Source: the human T2T-CHM13v2.0 reference genome, Homo sapiens
Direction: 5' to 3' (one strand)
Length of the DNA stretch: 64,000 nt
NCBI RefSeq assembly: GCF_009914755.1
Contig: NC_060929.1
The notes beneath the pieces were generated by a model. The model had not been told where the DNA came from. It made no database searches and saw nothing but the letters and a program-made list of their open reading frames with translations. Below, piece after piece: positions 56,201 to 64,000 of this stretch. The position numbers were made by a program, and so were the translations under genes. How positions within the stretch are numbered: position 1 is the first letter of the stretch; the number at the start of each line of letters is the position of its first letter.

Positions 56201-57340
56201 TGTGATTTTGAGGGCCTCTAAAAGTATTAAAGCAGCAGCAGCCGCTGCACGCAGACATGAGGGCTAGGCTAAAACAGTAAGGTCAAGTTGTTTGGACAGA
56301 AAGGCTACAGGGTGTGGTCCTAGCTCTTGTGTAAGAATTCCAACCACGCTAACCATGCCTAGGAAGGAAAGGAGTTGTTGTTTTGTAGAAGGTGCTGGGG
56401 TTTGAGAGATCAGTCGGACACGATTGGCAGGGAAAGCACGTGTGTTTTTGTGAGAATTATGCCGAGATAAGTAACAGATGAGGAAGAAATTTGGGCTTGA
56501 TTGAAGTAATGGGGGCTGTCTGTGGAGCTTTGCAGCAGTACAGCCTTGGTAATTTGCTGAGCCTAATGGGTGTCAGGGTCAGTCTAAGTGAAAGCAAAGA
56601 GAGGCTGGGACGAGGGGTGCAGGGGAATAGTGAAAAAAGCATCTTTAAGGTGGAGAACAGAATAGTGAATTGTGGAGGAACGGATTGAGGACAAAAGAGT
56701 GTACGGGTTGGGCACCACAGGGTGGATGGCAAAACAATTTGGTTGATAGGACGCAGATCCTGAACTAATCTGTAAGACTTATCCAGTTTTTGGACAGGTA
56801 AAATGGGGGAATTGTAAGGAGAGTTTATAGGTTTTAGAAGCCCATGCTGTAGCAGGCGAGTGGTAACAGGCTTTAATCCTTTTAAAGCATGCTGTGGGAT
56901 GGGATATGGGCGTTGAGCGGGGTGAGGGTGATTAGGTTTTAATGGGATGGTAATGGGCACGTGATCAGTTGCCAGGGAAGGAGTAGAGATGTCCCATACT
57001 TGTGGGTTAAGGTTGGGGGATATGAGAGGAAGATGCGAAGGAGGCTTTGGGTTGGGGAGAAGGGCGGCAATGAGATGCGGCTGTAATCCAGGAATAGTCA
57101 GGGAAGCATACAATTTGGTTAAAATATCTCGGCCTGATAAGGGAACTGGGCAGGTGGGGATAACTAAAAAAGAGTGCATAAAAGAGTGTTGTCCAAGTTG
57201 GCACAAGAGTGGGGGAGTTTTCAGGGGTTTTGAAGCTTGGCCGTCAATACCCACAACAGTTATGGAGGCAGGGAAACAGGCCTTGAAAAGAAGGTAATGT
57301 GGAGTGGGTAGACTCCATATTGATTAAGAAGGGGACGGAC
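56201..57340 (-). pseudogene. pol: HERV-H pro/pol remnant (protease, N-terminal RT, connection piece)
   Basis: PTCPVPLSGRDILTKL, PYNSPILPVQK...[17 protein letters not shown] motifs; protease active site degenerate (LINMES instead of L-D-T-G-A); frameshifted. Confidence 0.9.
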
Positions 57341-57531
57341 TTACCTTCCACTGTGAGAGTTACCCAAAGCTCGGTGTCCGTGATGGTCTAGGGGGCTTCC
57401 GAGGCGATCGGGCAGTGTCAGTCTTCAGCCGCTAAGCCGAGAAGATCTGGGAAGGAGTCAGTCAGAGAGCCTTGGGCCGGAGTTCCAGGGGCTCTGGGAG
57501 TGGCTGCCAGGTGAGTTGAACAGTCCGATTT

Positions 57532-58643
57532 TCAGTGGGGTCCCACACAGATGGGATGCGGCTTAGGAGGAATCCCAGGCTGCGGGCATTCCTTGGCCTG
57601 GTGGTCAGATTTCTGGCACTTGTAGCAAGCTCCTGGGGGAGGAGGTTCTGGGGGAACGCCTGGCCGCTGCGGTTCAGGCGTTTGGAAGTTCTTGTGTGCT
57701 GGAGATGTGGCTGGGGTTTGTCTCACCGTGGAGGCAAGGAATTGCAACTTTTTTCTATTATGGTACACCTTGAAGGCGAGGTTAATTAAATCGTGTTGTG
57801 GGGTTTGAGGGCTGGAATTTAATTTTTGGAGTTTTATTTAATGTCGGGAACAGATTGGGTAATAAAATGTATATTGAGAATAAGACGGCCTTTTGACCTT
57901 TTAGGGTCTAGGGCTGTAAAGTGTCTCAGGGTTGCTGCCGAGCGAGCCATGAACTGGGCTGGATTTTTATATTTGATGAAAAAGAGCCTAAACGCTATCT
58001 GATTTGGGATAAAGAAAAAGGAGCATTAACCTTGACTATGCCTTTGGCTCCAGCCACCTTTTTAAGAGTAAATTGCTGGGCAGGTGGGGGAGGGCTAGTC
58101 ACGGAACGAAACTGTAAGCCAGAGCAGGTGTGAGGAGGGGAGGCGATGAAAAGATTATAGGGTGCAGGAGCGGAGGCTGAGGAAGAATTGGGACCTAGCT
58201 CGGCCTGGTGAGGAGCAGCCTGGGGAGGAAGGGAGAGGTCAGATGGGTCTGTAGAAAAGGAACATTAGAAAGACTCAGCGACGCTTGGGGTTGGGACTGA
58301 GGGGACAGGCGGGAGGGAAAGAAGGAAGATTTGGGACGAGTTGCATTGGGCACAGAGACTAGGAAGGGACTGATGTGTAAAAGAATGCCTGGACGTCAGG
58401 CACCTCAGACCGTTTGCCCATTTTACGACGAGAATTATTTAGATCTTGTAGGATGGAAAAATTGAAAGTGCCGTTTTCCAGCTATTTGGAACTACTGTCG
58501 AGCTTGTATTGGAGTCAAGCGGCATTGCAGAAGAAAATAAGGCATTTAGGTTTTAGGTCAGGTGTGAGTGGAAGAGGTTTTAAGTTTTTGAGAACACAGG
58601 CTAAAGGAGAAGAAGGAGGAATGGAAGGTGGAAGCTTACCCAT
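57532..58643 (-). pseudogene. gag: HERV-H gag remnant
   Basis: MGKLPPSIPPSSPLACVLKNLKPL start (ATG at 58643-58641) and CCHC knuckle CYKCQKSDHQAKEC; broken by stops. Confidence 0.9.
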
Positions 58644-58719
58644 AGTGAAGGAGGCAAGCCCAGAGAAAAGAGTAGAGACACGGAGAAGGAGGGGGGGGGT
58701 TCTTGCCCTCCAGAAAAGC

Positions 58720-59050
58720 AGAGAAGGGGTTGGGGCACGGAAATAAGGGATTGGGGCACAGAGATAAGAGGTCAGGGTGCGGAAATAAGGGATTGGGGCA
58801 CAGAGATAAGAGGTTGGGGTGCAGAAATAAGCGATTGGGGGTTTCTTGCCCCCTAGGAAAGCGGGACTTGCCGCTAAGGGCGAAGGAGAAGGGGTTGAGG
58901 GGTACTTGCCCCTGCCCCAGGAAAGCAGAGAAGGGGTAGAGACAAGGAGAGAAGGGGTTGGGGTACTTGCCCCTTCCCCAGAAAAGCAGAGAAGGGGTAG
59001 AGACAAGGAGAGAAGGGGTTGGGGTACTTGCCCCTTCCCCAGAAAAGCGG
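58720..59050. repeat. HERV-H pre-gag tandem repeats (~42-bp and ~61-bp units)
   Basis: GAAATAAGGGATTGGGGCACAGAGATAAGAGG x2-3; GGGGTACTTGCCCC...GAGAAGGGGTT x2-3. Confidence 0.85.
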
Positions 59051-59354
59051 GACTTGCCGCTAAGGGTGAAGGACCAAGGCAGGCGTCCCTGCGTGGTCTG
59101 ACACCCTTGAAACGTGAGTGTATAATCAGAGAGGTGTCCCTGCAATGATTAAACACCAAGGGAAGGCTGCCTTCCCAGTCCGTGACCGGCGCCGGAGTTT
59201 TGGGTCCACGGATAAAACGTGTCTCTTTTGTCTCTACCAGAAAATGAAAGGAATTGAAATTAAGAGAAGGGAGAGATTGAAGTGTAGCACCAAGATTGAA
59301 AGGAGAAAGAGGCTGAGGGATAGTGAGGGAGATTGGAGAAGAGAGTAAAAGGCT

Positions 59355-59363
59355 GCTTACCAG
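59355..59363 (-). promoter_or_regulatory. HERV-H leader splice donor
   Basis: Sense CTG|GTAAGC about 145 nt downstream of the 5' LTR, the position of the known HERV-H donor. Confidence 0.75.
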
Positions 59364-59486
59364 ATTTGAAATTGGTGAGATGTTTCTTGGGCTGGTCGGT
59401 TTGAGAACCTGAGGTCATAGGTGGATCTTTCTCACGGAGCAAAGAGCAGGAGGACAGGGGATTGATCTCCCAAGGGAGGTCCCCTG

Positions 59487-59504
59487 ATCTGAGTCACGGC
59501 ACCA
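59487..59504 (-). other. Primer-binding site, tRNA-His
   Basis: Sense TGGTGCCGTGACTCAGAT, 17/18 complementary to the tRNA-His 3' end. Confidence 0.95.
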
Positions 59505-59506
59505 AA

Positions 59507-59947
59507 TTTCATGCGCATCCGTGTGAAGAGACCACCAAACAGGCTTTGTGTGAGCAACATGGCTGTTTATTTCACCTGGGCGCAGGCGGGCTGAGTCCGA
59601 AAAGAGAGTCAGCGAAGGGAGATAGGGGTGGGGCCGTTTTATAGGATTTGGGAAGGTAATGGAAAATTACAGTCAAAGGGGGTTGTTCTCTGGTGGGCAG
59701 GGGTGGATCTCACCAAGTACATTCTCAAGGGTGGGGAGAATTACAAAGAACCTTCTTAAGGGTGGGGGAGATTACAAAGTACATTGATCAGTTAGGGTGG
59801 GGCAGGAACAAATCACAATGGTGGAATGTCATCAGTTAAGGCTGTTTTTACTTCTTTTGTGGATCTTCAGTTACTTCAGGCCATCTGGATGTATACCTGC
59901 AAGTCACAGGGGATGCGATGGCCTGGCCTGGGCTCAGAGGCCTGACA
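59507..59947 (-). mobile_element. 5' LTR (LTR7Y-type, 441 bp), candidate promoter
   Basis: TATA (sense CCTATAAAA, 59637-59645), AATAAA at 59566-59571; one 31-bp repeat unit fewer than the 3' LTR. Confidence 0.9.
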
Positions 59948-60381
59948 CTGACCTCAGGTGATCCACCCGCCTCAGCCTCCCAAAGTGCTGGGATTACAGG
60001 AGTGAGCCACCGCACCTGGCCTATAACTGCGGATTTCACATCAGAAACCATGGCACACAGAAGAGAATGGAAGACTATTGTTAAATTGTGGGAAGGAAAG
60101 AATGGTTCAATATGGAATTTCAGATCTAGTAAAAATATTCTCCAGGAATGAGGTGAAATAAAGACATTCTCAGAGGAAGAGAAACTAAGATAATTTGTCA
60201 CTGGTACCCTACCTTTCAAAGATTTTAGAGGAATTTTTTTGAGACGGAAGGGGAATTATATAAAAAGGAAACTTGAAACAGGAGGAATAAAGGAAGAAGA
60301 ACATTTACCTATGTATGGGTAAATACATAGGCTATTCTTCTATTAGGTCCTTTAAAATACTTTAAAACATGTTTGATGTTA

Positions 60382-61343
<962 letters not shown>

Positions 61344-61553
61344 AAACTATAGCATTACCTGGTGGGGCTCCTAATGCAAATAGATACAACACATAAGACA
61401 ACTACGGTGTAAAAGGAGAGGGTGTGGTGAAGGTCTTTGTATTCTATTTAAAGTCAAAATGTTGATTCTGAGCAGACAGTGAAAAGTTGTATATACAAAT
61501 CACAATCCCTAGTGTGATCACTAAAAAACATGCAAAGATACATATCAGAAACA

Positions 61554-62105
<552 letters not shown>

Positions 62106-62159
62106 TTAAAATGAAATATGAAAAAATTCTCAAATAACTGAAAAGATGGTATCTTCAGG

Positions 62160-63063
62160 CTGATAACCACACTGTCTGGATCATTGTAAGTTTAAAAGTC
62201 CTGAAATCTGGTATGGGTTAGTCCTTCATTGTTCTCAAAAGCTATCTTGGCTGTTGTAGGTCCTTCACATTTCCATAAGAATTTTAGAATCACCTAGTCA
62301 ATTTTCACTAAATAGCTTCCTGGGATTATGACTGAGATGGCACTGAATCTGTAGATTAACTTTGGTAGAGCAAACATCTTAGCAATAGAGAATCTTCCAG
62401 CACATGAGTGAAGTATATCTCCCCATTTATTTAGATAGTCTTTAATTTTTCTCAGATATGGTTTGTAGTGTGAATACACAGGCCTTTCACATATTTTCTC
62501 AGATTTGTCATATTTTAATGCTATTTTAAATGATGTTTATCTTTAACTTCAATATCTCATTTTTCAATCCTGATATGTAGAAATATAATTAATTTTGTAT
62601 ATTTATTTCGAACTCTGCAATCTTGCTAAACCCAGTTATGAATTCTAGTAGGGTTTTTTTTTGTTTTGTTTTGTTTGTAGATTTCATCATAGTTTCTCCA
62701 TAGGGGATCATGCCATCTGTGAATAAAACCATTGTTTTTTTCTTCTTTCCCAATTTGGATGACTTTTATTTCTTTTTTATGCCTGACTGCACTGGCTAGA
62801 GCCTCCAGTGCAATCCTGAGTGGAGGTGGTGAGGGTGAATATTTTTGCCACATTCCTGGTTGTAGGAAAAGGTATTTAGCCTTTCAGTATTAATATTATG
62901 TTAGCTGGAGGTTTTCCATACGCTCTTTACCAGGTTGAGGAAGCTCCCTAGTTTGCTGAAACTTGTTTTTTATCAGGAGTAGATGTTGGATTTTGTCAAA
63001 TGCTTTTTCTTTAATTGATTGAGGTGATTATATGATTTTTCTTTTTTAGTTTCTTAATATGGT
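62160..63063 (-). mobile_element. Old L1M ORF2 fragment
   Basis: GATTATGACTGAGATGGCACTGAATCTGTAGATT..., GATGTTGGATTTTGTCAAATGCTTTTTCT. Confidence 0.75.
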
Positions 63064-63467
63064 GTACTAGTTTCCTATGGTAACAGATTACCACAAACTT
63101 GGTGTCTTTAAAACACAAAAATTGATTCTCTCATGGTTATGGAGGCTAGAAATCTGAAATCAAGGTGCCAGCTGGGCCATGCTCACTCAAAGCTCCAGGG
63201 AAGAACCTGCCTGCTGTTTCCAGCGTCTGGTGGCCCCAGGCCTTCCCTGGGTAATGGTGGCGCAGCGCTGATCTCTGTCTGCCTTCACCTTCACACGGCC
63301 CTTCTTGTTTGCCTCTGTGGTCACTTCTCTCCTTACAAGGACACCAGTCATTGGACTTAGGGACCACCCTAAATTCCGGACAGTTTCATCTGAGATCCTT
63401 AACTAATTACATCTAAAAAGACTATTTCCAAATAAGGTCACATTCTGAGGTTCTGGGTGGAAATGAC
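63064..63467 (-). mobile_element. MLT1B-like MaLR LTR
   Basis: TGTACTAGTTTCCT...CCACAAACTTGGTG...AAGGACACCAGTCATTGG...TTTCCAAATAAGGTCACATTCTGAGG. Confidence 0.85.
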
Positions 63468-64000
63468 CTTTTTTTTTTTTTTTTTTTTTTGAGACATGGC
63501 CTCGCTCTGTTGTCTAGGCTGAAGGGCAGTGGCACGATCACAGCTCACTGCAGCCTCAAAGTCCTGGACTCAGGCAATCCACCTGCCTCAGCCTCCCAGG
63601 TAGCCAAGACCACGGGTGCATACCACTACACACAGCTAATTTTTAAATTTTTTGTAGAGGCAGCATCTTACTATGTTTCCCAGGCTCATCTCAAACTCCG
63701 GGCTCAAGCGAGCCTCCCACCTCAGGCTCCCAAAGTGCTGGAATTACAGACATGAGTCACTGTGCCCGGCTGACACACAGTTGTTTTTTTTTTTTTTTTT
63801 TGAGACAGAGTCTCGTTCTTGTTGCCCAGGCTGGAGTGCAATGGCACAATCTCTGCCCACTGTAATCTGCACCTCCTGGGTTCAAGCAATTCTTCTGCCT
63901 CAGCCTCCCTCGGGAGGCTGGGATTATAGGCATGTGCCACTACACCAGCTAATTTTGTATTTTTAGTAGAGATGGGGTTTCTCCATGTTGGTCAGGCTGG
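63468..64000 (-). mobile_element. AluJ (63468-63771) and AluS (63784 to window end)
   Basis: Two poly-T-led reverse Alus. Confidence 0.9.

Larger units (their letters stand above)
55122..59947 (-). mobile_element. HERV-H provirus, internally deleted, LTR7Y-type LTRs
   Basis: Two LTRs, tRNA-His PBS, PPT, gag/pro/pol/env remnants, TSD CTGAC at 55117-55121 and 59948-59952. Confidence 0.97.
54873..60021 (-). mobile_element. AluSx-like element split by the HERV-H provirus (54873-55121 and 59953-60021)
   Basis: ...GAACTCCTGAC | CTCAGGTGATCC... rejoin into a normal Alu; 15-bp TSD ATAACTGCGGATTTC at 54858-54872 and 60023-60037. Confidence 0.95.

Noticed and set aside
58515-59159. 214-aa and 169-aa ORFs upstream of gag
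   Set aside because: Translations of the HERV-H pre-gag tandem repeats; gag stops shortly after its ATG.

Overview
Primate (most likely human or another ape) genomic DNA, apparently intergenic or intronic. I can support no host protein-coding gene, tRNA, rRNA or CRISPR array. Almost every ORF in the track is an Alu, L1, HERV-H or low-complexity translation. The left ~42 kb is GC-rich unique sequence with ~30 Alus, old MaLR LTRs, MIR/L2 pieces, hAT/Tigger DNA-transposon relics and several short tandem duplications. The right ~22 kb is AT-rich: a near full-length ancient L1 (L1MC-like, +) full of younger insertions, then a second old L1. The dominant element is a 4.8-kb internally deleted HERV-H provirus (55122-59947, minus strand, LTR7Y-type LTRs, tRNA-His PBS, 5-bp TSD CTGAC). 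It sits inside an Alu that itself sits inside an L1. A solo LTR7B-type LTR lies 791 bp upstream in the same orientation. I did not find a demonstrably new biological system. The best leads are the tandem LTR7B/LTR7Y promoter pair, the odd R/U5-only divergence of the two proviral LTRs (which creates a poly(A)-signal hairpin), a locally templated 25-nt patch inside an Alu, and a duplicated palindromic CTCF-like site. Repeat subfamily names come from recalled consensus sequences and need RepeatMasker/Dfam confirmation. Coordinates of old repeats are approximate.
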